Of a stretch of 56,255 nucleotides of DNA, positions 7,613 through 17,687 are shown piece after piece. The DNA lies in NCBI GenBank assembly GCA_945921515.1, contig CAMEKR010000001.1:1-56255 (forward strand), given 5' to 3'. Source of the DNA: an uncultured Clostridia bacterium (GTDB taxonomy: Bacteria; Bacillota; Clostridia; Oscillospirales; Ruminococcaceae). The notes below the pieces were generated by a model that worked only from the letters and a program-made list of their open reading frames with translations, made no database searches and was not told the origin of the DNA. The first letter of the stretch is position 1, and each line of letters opens with the position of its first letter. The position numbers and the translations under genes are program-made.

Positions 7613-10501
7613 TTACTGTTTGTAAATGTCGCTTTTATCAAACGCATTCTCTCCGATATATTCAACGCCTTTCGGTATATTTATATCTCCGAGACGGTCG
7701 CAGCCGCTGAACGCACTCGCTCCTATCCTTGTCACGCTGTCGGGGATGCTAAGCTCTTCAAGATTCTCGCAATCGATGAACGCACAGCTTCCGATGACGA
7801 CAAGGCAAGAGGGAAGAGTAACGCTTCTGAGACTTTTGCAACCCTTGAACGCCCGGAAGCCTATCTTTGTCACGCTGTCCGGAATGCTGATATGCTCAAG
7901 AGCAGTACAGTTTTCAAAGGTGTTGTTTTCTATTTCGGTCACGCCTTTGGGTATGCTGATACTTTTTAGGTCGGTACAACCCATGAAAGCGCCGCTTCCT
8001 ATGGCGGTCACTTTGTCGGGAATAACAACGCTTTCAAGATTAGAACAACCTTCAAACGCTCTACTTCCGATGCGCTTGATACTGTCGGGGAGAGTAACGG
8101 TTTTTAGACTTTTGCAGTCCATGAAAGCACCAAAGCATATGTCCGTCACACTGCCAGGTATAGTTATATTTGCAAGACGCTCACAACCTTCAAACATACT
8201 TGCTCCTATACTTGTTACTCCGTAGGAGATAACCGCACTTTCAAGATTAATACAGTTGCCGAACGCACTATTTCCTATATGTTCAACGCACTTCGGTACA
8301 GTTATATTTCTGAGGCGTTTACAGCCACAGAACGCATTTGCCTCTATCTTTGTCACGCTGTCCGGGATGCTAAGCTCTTCAAGATTCTCACAGCCGCTGA
8401 ATGCACAGCTTCCGATGATGGTAAGGCGAGAAGGAAGATTAATGCTTCTTAGATCTTTGCAACCTTTGAATGCGTCTTTTTCAATTACAGTCACGCTGTC
8501 TGGCAGTTTTATTTTGGATAGCTTATCACAACCACTGAATGTGTCTCTTGAGATAAGATTAACACCTTCGGGTATGGTTATTCCTTCAAGGCTTTCACAG
8601 TTTTTGAATGTATTTGCACCTATCCATTCTACACTGTCGGGTATTGATATTCTGCTGAGATTTTTACAGTTTTCGAATGAATATGCCTCGATTGTTTCAA
8701 TGCCTTCCTGTATCGTTACTTCTTTAAGATTCCTACAATACCTGAATAAATCCGAAGAGATATATTTCACGTTTTTGGGAATAGTTATACTTGATAAGCT
8801 TACACATCCGGAAAACGCCTCAAAGCCTATGTATGAAACGCTGTCGGGGATAATAAGACTTGAAATATAAGCGCAATACTTGAATGTTCCGCTTTCGATA
8901 CTTGTAATGCCATCCGGTAAAGATATGCCTGATAGCCTGATACATTGGAAGAACGCTTCTTCTCCGATATATTCGACGCTATCGGGTATGTCTATGCTTT
9001 TGATGTTAAAACAACCCGCGAAGGCTCGCATTTCTATCCTGGTAACACCGCAAGGGATAGTCACTCTTTCAATATGTGCGCATCCTTCAAAAGCACATTC
9101 GCCTATAACGGTCACACTGTCGGGTATTATGACATCTTTATTTTTACCGCCGTATCGGCAAAGCACTTTGCCGACAATAACAAATTCCTCCGTCGATTCT
9201 GAAAACCAAGGCGTTTCATCAAATACGTACGAACCTAACTCGGTTAGACTGTCAGGTATTGATATATATTTAAGACTCGTACAGCCTTCAAATGCACAGT
9301 CTTTTATTTTTGTCACGCTGTCGGGTATGGTCACTTTTATAATATCTTTGCAATCGGCAAATGCACTATATCCGATACTTGTAACGCCTTGCGGAATATC
9401 AACTTCGGTTTTATCTCCTATATATCTGTATAGAATCTTTCCGATGATAATAAAATCATCTGCCTGTTTTTTTAGCCACAAGGTATTATCAAAAGCGCTG
9501 CTTGAAATACAGTCAAGACTCTCAGGAAAAGCTATTTTTTCAAGGCTTTCACAGCCTATAAATGCGTCGCTTTTGATAACCTTAACGCTGCTTGGTATCG
9601 AGATTTCGGTAAGCTTTTTGCAATTTCCGAAAGCGTATTGACAAATTTCCGCCACGCTGTCCGGGATAACAACGCTTTCAAGCTGTGAGCAGTTTGCAAA
9701 TGTGCTAGCTTTTATATCTGTTACGCCATGCGGGATAACAATGCTTTTTAGGCTTGTACATCCTCTAAATGCCCAATAATCTATGTATGCAACGCTGTTA
9801 GGGATATCGAGTCTTTCAAGGCTTGTACAACCGCTGAATGCTTCCAAATCTATACTTTTCACGCTATCGGGGATGATAACGCTTTTGATTTGACAGCAGT
9901 TTTTAAAAGCAAATGCTCCGATACTTGTCACGCCGTCTGGGATTTTTATATTGACAGATTTCCCTTTGTATTTGTAAAGAGCCTTTCCGATTATTACAAA
10001 ATCGCCCGTCTGCTTTGTAAGCCAAGGCGTATTTTCGAATGCATTGGTACCTACCGAAACAACATTTTTACTTATTTTTACTTTTTCAAGCTTTGTACAG
10101 CCACGAAAAGCGTCGCTATCTATTTTATAAACACTATCCGGAATAATAACGCTTTCAAGGCTTTTATTGTTATAGAACGCACAGATACCGATTCTTGTCA
10201 CATTTTCCGGTATTTTTACATGGGGCTTATCCCCTTTATATTCCAAAAGCTCGTTGTCTACAATATGCAATTCTTTTTGTGAATTTTCTGAAATTGAAAT
10301 ATCATCAAATGCATTTTCATTTATGTTAAGACTTGAGCAGTTTTCAAAGGCTGATTCTCCGTTTTCCTTAACACTGTCGGAGATAGCAACACTTTCAATC
10401 TTTACACTATCGGCAACCCCCTTACCAATTGCTGCAATTTCTTTTTGGGTTATCTGATTGTCACCTACGTTCAGCTCTCTGCCAATTAATTTCTTTTCCA
10501 T
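7613..10501 (-). CDS. BspA-type (LRR_5) leucine-rich repeat protein, ~962 aa, no signal peptide
   Basis: Long array of 23-aa LRR_5 repeats with three TPW/TLW modules. Start reassigned from 10705 to ATG 10501, which follows GGAGGT. Confidence 0.92.
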   Translation of the reverse strand: MEKKLIGRELNVGDNQITQKEIAAIGKGVADSVKIESVAISDSVKENGESAFENCSSLNINENAFDDISISENSQKELHIVDNELLEYKGDKPHVKIPENVTRIGICAFYNNKSLESVIIPDSVYKIDSDAFRGCTKLEKVKISKNVVSVGTNAFENTPWLTKQTGDFVIIGKALYKYKGKSVNIKIPDGVTSIGAFAFKNCCQIKSVIIPDSVKSIDLEAFSGCTSLERLDIPNSVAYIDYWAFRGCTSLKSIVIPHGVTDIKASTFANCSQLESVVIPDSVAEICQYAFGNCKKLTEISIPSSVKVIKSDAFIGCESLEKIAFPESLDCISSSAFDNTLWLKKQADDFIIIGKILYRYIGDKTEVDIPQGVTSIGYSAFADCKDIIKVTIPDSVTKIKDCAFEGCTSLKYISIPDSLTELGSYVFDETPWFSESTEEFVIVGKVLCRYGGKNKDVIIPDSVTVIGECAFEGCAHIERVTIPCGVTRIEMRAFAGCFNIKSIDIPDSVEYIGEEAFFQCIRLSGISLPDGITSIESGTFKYCAYISSLIIPDSVSYIGFEAFSGCVSLSSITIPKNVKYISSDLFRYCRNLKEVTIQEGIETIEAYSFENCKNLSRISIPDSVEWIGANTFKNCESLEGITIPEGVNLISRDTFSGCDKLSKIKLPDSVTVIEKDAFKGCKDLRSINLPSRLTIIGSCAFSGCENLEELSIPDSVTKIEANAFCGCKRLRNITVPKCVEHIGNSAFGNCINLESAVISYGVTSIGASMFEGCERLANITIPGSVTDICFGAFMDCKSLKTVTLPDSIKRIGSRAFEGCSNLESVVIPDKVTAIGSGAFMGCTDLKSISIPKGVTEIENNTFENCTALEHISIPDSVTKIGFRAFKGCKSLRSVTLPSCLVVIGSCAFIDCENLEELSIPDSVTRIGASAFSGCDRLGDINIPKGVEYIGENAFDKSDIYKQ

Positions 10502-10794
10502 AAAATACCTCCGTGAATTATATTGATGATTTATCGCTGTATTCCGAAAAAACATAGAATATGCCTTTTCCCATTGCTTAAAATCTGCAAGCGTCTTTTT
10601 CAGTATATAAAACCGTCTGATTTTGTGAAAAATGTCCCTGTTTTCAAAAAAACAGTAATACACCTGCTGTTCACTTTTCGTCACGGTTCGCTTTGCAAAT
10701 CCCATATTTTATTACGAATAACGAAGGGAGAATAAGTGCAAAACAATGCTTTTTTGGTATTCTTAATACAATCAGAAAGAAACGCCATCTCAAC

Positions 10795-10823
10795 TTGACA
10801 TATCACACAAAAACCGATATAAT
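10795..10823 (+). promoter_or_regulatory. Consensus sigmaA promoter for tetR-surface protein operon
   Basis: TTGACA-17 nt-TATAAT; imperfect palindrome taaacatttgctta just downstream. Confidence 0.85.
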
Positions 10824-10862
10824 ATAAATAAACATTTGCTTAATAAAAGCGAGGGGATTTTA

Positions 10863-11465
10863 TTGCGTACCGTAAATGAAGAAGCCCGAAAGGCAAAGCA
10901 GATTGAGATAATGGAAAAATGCTTTGACTGCTATGCCGAGGGAGGACTTTCTGCTGTGGGGGTAAAGGCTGTTGCCAAAGCCTGCGGCTGTAATGTTGCG
11001 AGCCTGTATCAGTATTTTGATAACCTCGACGACCTTATAGTAAAATCTACCGAATATTGTATGAGCAAGGTGGAAGCTGATTTTATGGAGAAAGCACCCA
11101 CCGATGCACAGGACCTGTGGCGGTTCATTGACGAGATACCAAAATGGACAGCAAAAAAGCACGGCAAGAAATACCGCCTGATGTATCAGGTCTACACCCA
11201 CCCGAAGTACAGGGAGTACGGGCAGAAGTTTTTTGCAGGAGTAGATAAGCGTTATACCGAATATGCAAAGAGCTTGGAGCCAAAGCTTGGTATCCCTTAT
11301 GAAAAGCTGACGCCGCTGATATTCATCCTTATCAGAGCCTGCGTACATTACGCACTGTTTGAGGATGAGTTCTATTTGAAATCTCAGATAGCGGTGCTGA
11401 AAGAAGCTCTTGAGCTTTTCATTGCAAAATATAACTCAAAATCAGTAACAAAGGAGGAAAAATAA
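10863..11465 (+). CDS. TetR/AcrR family regulator
   Basis: HTH VGVKAVAKACGCNVASLYQYF; likely TTG start at 10863 after GAGGGG (ORF track start 10836). Confidence 0.88.
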   Translation: MRTVNEEARKAKQIEIMEKCFDCYAEGGLSAVGVKAVAKACGCNVASLYQYFDNLDDLIVKSTEYCMSKVEADFMEKAPTDAQDLWRFIDEIPKWTAKKHGKKYRLMYQVYTHPKYREYGQKFFAGVDKRYTEYAKSLEPKLGIPYEKLTPLIFILIRACVHYALFEDEFYLKSQIAVLKEALELFIAKYNSKSVTKEEK

Positions 11466-14400
11466 ATGAAAAAGCGAATTATAAGCTTGTTGCTGGCTGT
11501 ATGTATGGTGCTTTCGTTAGTGCCGACTATGGTGTTTGCTGAGGGCGGTGTGGAATATCGCTACTGCGACGAAAACGGTAAAAACTGGCAGACCGGCACA
11601 AAAACCGAGTACACCGTGGTATCAAGCGAAGACTACACATGGGGAGATGACGGAAATGGCGGCTGGTATGTTGCAACCGGCAATGTAACCATCGGAAGCA
11701 GAGTCACCGTCAGCGGTGAGGTTCACCTGATTCTGACGGACGGCTGTTATCTTTTAGTCAACGGTGGAATTCGGGTGGAGGACGATGACAACGACCCTGA
11801 CACAACCTCCCCCAACGCCCTGACCATCTATGCCCAGTCCGACCCCGTGCTGAATGCGGACGGAACTGTGAATGAAACAAATAACAAGGCGGGCAAGCTG
11901 ACCACCCAGAATGTGGCAACCTATAACGCAGGCATCGGCGGTAGCAGTGCCGACGGCATCGAAATCAAAGACTGCGGCACCATCACCATCAACGGCGGCA
12001 TCGTCACTGCTACCGCCACCTACGGCGCGGGCATCGGCGGTAGCGATGGCGGCTCCGGCGGCACCATTACCATCAACGGCGGCAAAGTCAAAGCCAACAG
12101 CACCTGCGGCGCGGGCATCGGAGGCGGCGCCGGCGGTAACTTCGCCGGAAACGGCGGCATCGTCACCATCAACGGCGGCACTGTTACAGCCAGCAGCAAC
12201 TACGGCGCGGGCATCGGCAGCGGTGCCGGCTTCGGCGCCGGACTCCAAGCCGGCAGCGGCGGTGACGTCACCATTACCGGTGGCGTTGTTACAGCCACTA
12301 GCACCAATATGGAGGGCATCGGCGGAACCTTCAGCCCCTGTATCTTCCGGACTAATAACGGCAACGCAGTGCTATTCGCAACCTCCATTGACGATCAAAG
12401 CAATAAAAGCAGTTGGAGCGGCATCATCTTCGAGGGCGATAATGACGGTATTATCTACGGAACAAGCGTTACTCCTACCGATGACTTCACCATTCCAACC
12501 GGAAAAACACTGACTATCGGGGAAAATCAGACCCTAACAATCCCGGAAGGCAAAACCCTGACAAATGAAGGAACCATTACAAATAACGGAAAAATCTTTG
12601 TTGACGGTACTTTCACGGGCACCCTCACCGGCACGGGCAGCGTTTACTGCGCTCTGACCGTCAGCGGCTGCACAGCGTCATTCATGAACCCCTACAACTA
12701 CAACAATAAAACCTACGCCACGGCAGGAAGCGAGATTGCTTTAACTCCCGATACTCCGACAGGTTATGAGTTTAAACAATGGAACTCTGTACCGGCTGTA
12801 ACAATAAGCGAAAACAAATTCACAATGCCGAGTGCGGCTGTCAAAATTAACGCACTGTTCGACCTGCTTACATATAATGTCGCTTTCGTGTTAAACGGCG
12901 GCACAATAAACAGCGGCAATATCACAGGCTACACCTACGGACAGGGCGCAACGCTCCCCACAGACGTTACCAAAGCAGGCTATACCTTCAAGGGCTGGTA
13001 CGACAACGAAGAATTAACGGGAAGCCCTGTTACTGCAATAAGCGATACCGATACGCTGGATAAGGAATTTTGGGCGAAGTGGGAAGTAAACACCTATACC
13101 GTCACCTTTGACACCGACGGCGGAAATACCATACCGGATAAAAATGTATTATGGACGGATAAGGTGCTTGACGGCATTACCGCTCCCACAAAAGACGGCT
13201 GGAAATTCACCGGCTGGAAATACGGAGATGTGACCGTAAATGATAACATCGAATACTGCTACTTAGTTGCAGATGAAACAATTACAAGTATTACTCTTGT
13301 TGCACAGTGGAAAGCAAACAACTATACGGTAAAGTTTAACACCGACGGCGGAAATATCATAAACGATAAAACAAGCGTTAAGTGGGATGATAAGGTGCTT
13401 GACGGCATTACTGCTCCCACAAAAGACGGCTGGAAATTCACCGGCTGGAAATTCGGAGATGTGACCGTAACTGCCGACACCACCTATTCCTACCTTGCCG
13501 GTATTGACACCGTTATGGAGATTGAGCTTACCGCACAGTGGAATGATATTACTGCTCCGACAGGCGAAATCAGCATTGACACAAACAGCTGGACTAAATT
13601 CCTCAACAATATTACCTTTGGCTTGTTCTTTAAGGATACGCAGGAGGTGACAATCACTGCAAGCGACAACAGCGGCGAAGATGTTACAATAGAATATCTG
13701 TTAAGCGATAAAGAGCTTACTGCTGATGAGCTTGAAAATGCCACCTTTACTGCATACAATGATATATTCGGTATCAACCCAGATAACGAGTATGTGATTT
13801 ATGCAAGGCTTACCGATAAATCAGGCAACTACAGCTATATAAATTCCGACGGAATTGTGCTGGATAGTGTTGTTCCTGTAATTTCAGGCGTTGAAAACGG
13901 TAAGACTTACTGCGAAGCACAGACGGTCACCGTTACGGAAGAATATGTTGAAAGCGTGAAAGTAAACGGCACAGAGGTTACACTCGACGCAAATAATCAG
14001 TTTACACTGAATGAGGGTACACATACAATCGTTGTCACCGATAAGGCAGGAAATGTATCTGCCGAAATGATTGTAACCGTCAATGACGGACACACAGACG
14101 AAAACCCGAAAGACCATAAGTGTGATATCTGCGGAGAAACACTTTCCGAACACGCTTATGAGTGGCAGAGCGGAAACGGACAGTACTGGCAGAAGTGCGG
14201 TTACTGCGGTAATGAAACCGAAAAGAAGGATATCCCCGAAATAATAATCAACGCTCCCGATACTGTATGCAGAACTCAGAACTGCGAGATAAGCGCAACA
14301 CTCCCGACCGATATTACCGACGCGGTATTATCTGTTGAGTTTGCTTATTTTGGCGGTGCGGTTTATCTGACTGTTGAAAACGGTATGCTGAGCTACATTG

Positions 14401-15146
14401 TTGAAGCTTCATACTATTCCGATGATGAAAACAGTTTCAATATAGTTATATATGCAACAACGGCTGACGGCTTCCCGCTTGAAGTTAGCAAGACCGTTCA
14501 GATTCAGGATAAGCACGCAGGCGGAAAGGCTGACTGTTCAAATAAACCTGTCTGCGATACCTGCGGTGAAGAGTATGGCGAGGTTGACAGCACAAACCAT
14601 AACCTTGAGCACATTCCTGCAAAGGCTGCCACCGTTACCGAGAACGGAAACACAGAGTATTGGCATTGTAAGGATTGCGGCAAATACTTTGCCAACGAAA
14701 ACGGCGAAAAAGAAATCGAACTTAGCGATACGATAATCGCAAAGCTCCCGCCCGAAATAATAAAAGGCGCAGGACAGAGCGTAACAGAGGGTGAAAAGAA
14801 GGTATTGTCCTTCACATCCAATGCGGCTTACAGCGATTTTGTCCGTGTAGAAATTGACGGTGAAACCCTCGATGCAGAGAATTATACCGCAACTGAGGGC
14901 AGTACAATTATCTCCTTAACAGCTGATTATGTAGCTACTCTTTCAGCAGGCAAGCATACGATCGGCATTGTATCGGAAAGCGGTACAGCGACTACTACAT
15001 TTACCGTTAATGCGAAGACGGTAGATAACCCCGATACAGGTGATAACAGCCACATGGTATTGTGGATAGCACTTGCTCTTGTCAGCGGTAGTGCAATGAT
15101 CGGAACAACGATTGCAGGCACAAAGAAAAAGCGTTCTGCAAGGTAA
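11466..15146 (+). CDS. Sortase-anchored surface protein with GAGIGG repeats, InlB B-type (Flg_new) repeats and Cys-rich modules
   Basis: Signal peptide MKKRIISLLLAVCMVLSLVPTMVFA; GYTFKGWY/GWKFTGW repeats; CxxC pairs; C-terminal NPDTG, hydrophobic helix and KKKR tail. Confidence 0.88.
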   Translation: MKKRIISLLLAVCMVLSLVPTMVFAEGGVEYRYCDENGKNWQTGTKTEYTVVSSEDYTWGDDGNGGWYVATGNVTIGSRVTVSGEVHLILTDGCYLLVNGGIRVEDDDNDPDTTSPNALTIYAQSDPVLNADGTVNETNNKAGKLTTQNVATYNAGIGGSSADGIEIKDCGTITINGGIVTATATYGAGIGGSDGGSGGTITINGGKVKANSTCGAGIGGGAGGNFAGNGGIVTINGGTVTASSNYGAGIGSGAGFGAGLQAGSGGDVTITGGVVTATSTNMEGIGGTFSPCIFRTNNGNAVLFATSIDDQSNKSSWSGIIFEGDNDGIIYGTSVTPTDDFTIPTGKTLTIGENQTLTIPEGKTLTNEGTITNNGKIFVDGTFTGTLTGTGSVYCALTVSGCTASFMNPYNYNNKTYATAGSEIALTPDTPTGYEFKQWNSVPAVTISENKFTMPSAAVKINALFDLLTYNVAFVLNGGTINSGNITGYTYGQGATLPTDVTKAGYTFKGWYDNEELTGSPVTAISDTDTLDKEFWAKWEVNTYTVTFDTDGGNTIPDKNVLWTDKVLDGITAPTKDGWKFTGWKYGDVTVNDNIEYCYLVADETITSITLVAQWKANNYTVKFNTDGGNIINDKTSVKWDDKVLDGITAPTKDGWKFTGWKFGDVTVTADTTYSYLAGIDTVMEIELTAQWNDITAPTGEISIDTNSWTKFLNNITFGLFFKDTQEVTITASDNSGEDVTIEYLLSDKELTADELENATFTAYNDIFGINPDNEYVIYARLTDKSGNYSYINSDGIVLDSVVPVISGVENGKTYCEAQTVTVTEEYVESVKVNGTEVTLDANNQFTLNEGTHTIVVTDKAGNVSAEMIVTVNDGHTDENPKDHKCDICGETLSEHAYEWQSGNGQYWQKCGYCGNETEKKDIPEIIINAPDTVCRTQNCEISATLPTDITDAVLSVEFAYFGGAVYLTVENGMLSYIVEASYYSDDENSFNIVIYATTADGFPLEVSKTVQIQDKHAGGKADCSNKPVCDTCGEEYGEVDSTNHNLEHIPAKAATVTENGNTEYWHCKDCGKYFANENGEKEIELSDTIIAKLPPEIIKGAGQSVTEGEKKVLSFTSNAAYSDFVRVEIDGETLDAENYTATEGSTIISLTADYVATLSAGKHTIGIVSESGTATTTFTVNAKTVDNPDTGDNSHMVLWIALALVSGSAMIGTTIAGTKKKRSAR

Positions 15147-15169
15147 AAATCAATAGATTATAAAATACG

Positions 15170-15207
15170 AGGTGCTGTTACAGCGAAAGCTGTAACAGCA
15201 CCTTTTT
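15170..15207 (+). terminator. Rho-independent terminator
   Basis: aggtgctgttacagc-gaaa-gctgtaacagcacct-tttt. Confidence 0.9.
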
Positions 15208-15241
15208 GTATATGATTCAGCGTTAAGTATATAGTAAAAAC

Positions 15242-16111
15242 TTACGCTTCCTTTTCTTTCTTCTTATCGCTGATCATAAGCGCAAAGAATATAAGACAAA
15301 GCATAAAGGTCGGTATCGAGACAATCAGATTGTCTAAAATGGTCGGGGAATAATTATCGGGTATACCGCTAATAAAGAGCTTTCCGATGCTTTTTCCACC
15401 GAAATTTACAGCGGCGTGCATAATTGTGGCAGGATAGATCGAGCCTGTCTTTTTTGTAAGCCACATGAGCCCCATACCTAAGAATGTGCAGGTGATACAC
15501 ATAGATATTATTCCGAGATAGGGATAGCCGTCATACTCCGTGCCGAAGTTATGACCTGCAACCGTCAGCTCTGCGTGCCACAGCCCCCAGATGATACCTC
15601 CGACTATTACCGTGCCTGTAGTACCGATAAGCGACTCCATCTTCTGATTCATATATCCTCGCCAGCCGAATTCTTCACCAAAGGTGTTGAAAGCCATAAG
15701 CGGAACAACAGAGAGCGTAAGCATCACATTTCCGGCAATCTGCATACCGTTCATGCCGCCGCCTATATCGGAAAAGTCGTATTTGCCGTATATGATCGTT
15801 GCGAGAACGCCCTCTGCAATGCCCATAGCAACTACGGATATTATTGCAATCAGGTAGTATTTTAAATTACCTTTTAATTTCAGGTGAAGCAAACTGTTAT
15901 TCCAGCCCTCGTGCGTGAGTTTACGGGTGATGACGTTTGCAAGAGCAGGTCCGAAGCCTACAATAAGAGCAAAGAAAGGCATTTTGTAGGTTTCAAACCA
16001 TTCGTGATAGCCGAAAACGCTGTTCATTATAATCGCAGGGATCCAAGAAATGCCGAACGCCAGCAGGATAAATATAACGAGCCTTTTTGCTTCAAGTTTC
16101 TTATTTATCAT
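15242..16111 (-). CDS. CPBP (CAAX/Abi) family intramembrane glutamic protease
   Basis: GEEFGWRGY, WGLWH and H...N (IMHAAVN) motifs; multiple TM helices. Confidence 0.9.
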   Translation of the reverse strand: MINKKLEAKRLVIFILLAFGISWIPAIIMNSVFGYHEWFETYKMPFFALIVGFGPALANVITRKLTHEGWNNSLLHLKLKGNLKYYLIAIISVVAMGIAEGVLATIIYGKYDFSDIGGGMNGMQIAGNVMLTLSVVPLMAFNTFGEEFGWRGYMNQKMESLIGTTGTVIVGGIIWGLWHAELTVAGHNFGTEYDGYPYLGIISMCITCTFLGMGLMWLTKKTGSIYPATIMHAAVNFGGKSIGKLFISGIPDNYSPTILDNLIVSIPTFMLCLIFFALMISDKKKEKEA

Positions 16112-17687
16112 ACTCGTTCACTCCCTTCATGAAGATTTTGCAGGATAACTTGTAGGATAGAATATATGCTCCCACAGATAAAGCAGGGAATATTCCGAGA
16201 AGGAGCATTGTAAGGTCGCTGTGTTCGCCTGTCATGAAGCCTGTCAGCCATTCAAATACCTTATCCTGAATATCTCTGGGAAGAATCGACAGCACCAATA
16301 TTGCCACTATGGCAAGAGAAAGTATTATGATACCATTTATTAAACTGCCTCTCTTTTCACCGAAACGAAGCATCAGCGGAATTACAAACGAATTCATAAA
16401 AATAAGCGCAAAGAAAACTATAACAGATATGCTCATTAAGCTGCCCATTTCTTCTCCTATGGCAAACCAGCGGATAGTGGCAATAAGAGTTTCTGCAACA
16501 TAGCTTGAAACGAAATATATTCCGCACATTGCAAACGAAAGAACATACTTTGTGTACAGGTACTTTTTTACACCCTGCGGCGCAGAAGCCGTAAAATACG
16601 CCCAAAGCTTTCTATCATCGCCGTGAAAAACGCTCAGTAGCAAGCCGCTTACACTTAAAAAACCAAGAGCTATAGCCACGATGCGTATTAGATCGGATGT
16701 CAGCGTTCTGACTATCCAGTCATCACCGCCGCTTTTATCGCTGAACGATAAAATAGCAATAACCAGCGTAAGAAATGCTTGTATAAGGAAGGGAAGTACT
16801 ATTACGGTACAGATGCTTTTCCTGTTCTGCCTTAGTTCTTTGTAAAGAAATCCTACAGGCTCGCTGTGCGGTGCGGCAATATCTAATGTTTTTTCTGCTT
16901 TAACTTTTTCTTTTATTGCCTTTACTCCGCCCGAATATGCATATTGTAAATGATTATAAATTACAGCAAAAAGAACAGCAAAAAGTGCAATAGTAAGCGG
17001 AATAATCCACCACAGCATTTCACCTGTCAGCGTTGAAATAATATCGAAAGACAAAGGTTCGCTGCTGTCCGAATTAAAAAGCGCCACAAAATCAAAACCT
17101 GCGCATTTCAGTATTACCAAAGTAATACATATCAATGAAGCCAAGCAGATAAAGCTGCCGGTATTCTTCATTTTTTTATACTCATCGGTATTTCTTGCAC
17201 GAAGTACAAAACTATCGATGATAATTTTTGAAAGCAATATAAAGTCAATAAGGATAAACAGCAAAACCACATAACCGATTTCAAATTGCGTTCCTGCAAT
17301 CAGATTGATAAGTATGACGCAAGCCATGCCAAACAGTACAGATATGCCGAGTGCGCCGATAAAGCATATCAGTTTAACTATCGCACGCTCTGCGGCGGTC
17401 AACGGCAGAACATAGGAATAATTGTTCCAGCCGCTGACAAGGTCGCTTTTGAAAGCGGTATCATCCGCAAAAAACACCGTTGAACACAGCATGATAAGCA
17501 TAGAAAGCATTTTGGTAAATGTATTAATTATTTTCTCTTTGCCGGGCGTTTCGGCAAAAATACCATTAAATAAAAATACTCCTGCGATGGCAAAAGCGAT
17601 AAATGCAAATAAGAACAGAAATCTTATTATGTAGAGCTTTTTTGATACTTTCAGTTCCCGAAAAATCAGAGAGCGGAGTTTTGTCAT
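16101..17687 (-). CDS. ABC-2 type permease, two fused permease domains
   Basis: About 12 hydrophobic segments; repeated motifs LIFRELK...D..SGWNNYSYVLP and FLYKELR...DDRKLWAYFTASAP; ATG 17687 overlaps the ATPase stop (ATGA). Confidence 0.8.
   Translation of the reverse strand: MTKLRSLIFRELKVSKKLYIIRFLFLFAFIAFAIAGVFLFNGIFAETPGKEKIINTFTKMLSMLIMLCSTVFFADDTAFKSDLVSGWNNYSYVLPLTAAERAIVKLICFIGALGISVLFGMACVILINLIAGTQFEIGYVVLLFILIDFILLSKIIIDSFVLRARNTDEYKKMKNTGSFICLASLICITLVILKCAGFDFVALFNSDSSEPLSFDIISTLTGEMLWWIIPLTIALFAVLFAVIYNHLQYAYSGGVKAIKEKVKAEKTLDIAAPHSEPVGFLYKELRQNRKSICTVIVLPFLIQAFLTLVIAILSFSDKSGGDDWIVRTLTSDLIRIVAIALGFLSVSGLLLSVFHGDDRKLWAYFTASAPQGVKKYLYTKYVLSFAMCGIYFVSSYVAETLIATIRWFAIGEEMGSLMSISVIVFFALIFMNSFVIPLMLRFGEKRGSLINGIIILSLAIVAILVLSILPRDIQDKVFEWLTGFMTGEHSDLTMLLLGIFPALSVGAYILSYKLSCKIFMKGVNEYDK

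Noticed and set aside
7626-9641. Long antisense ORFs over LRR genes (and similarly over rpoB, rpoC, fusA, uvrB, uvrA, mreB)
   Set aside because: Shadow frames caused by repeat structure and codon bias of the real genes; no RBS or family motifs.
10632-10637. Third ATGTCC motif near the second LRR promoter
   Set aside because: No -10 box at the matching 29-nt spacing on either strand.
10502-10705. 68-aa N-terminal extension of the second LRR ORF
   Set aside because: No RBS at 10705, while GGAGGT precedes ATG 10501. The extension is not signal-peptide-like.
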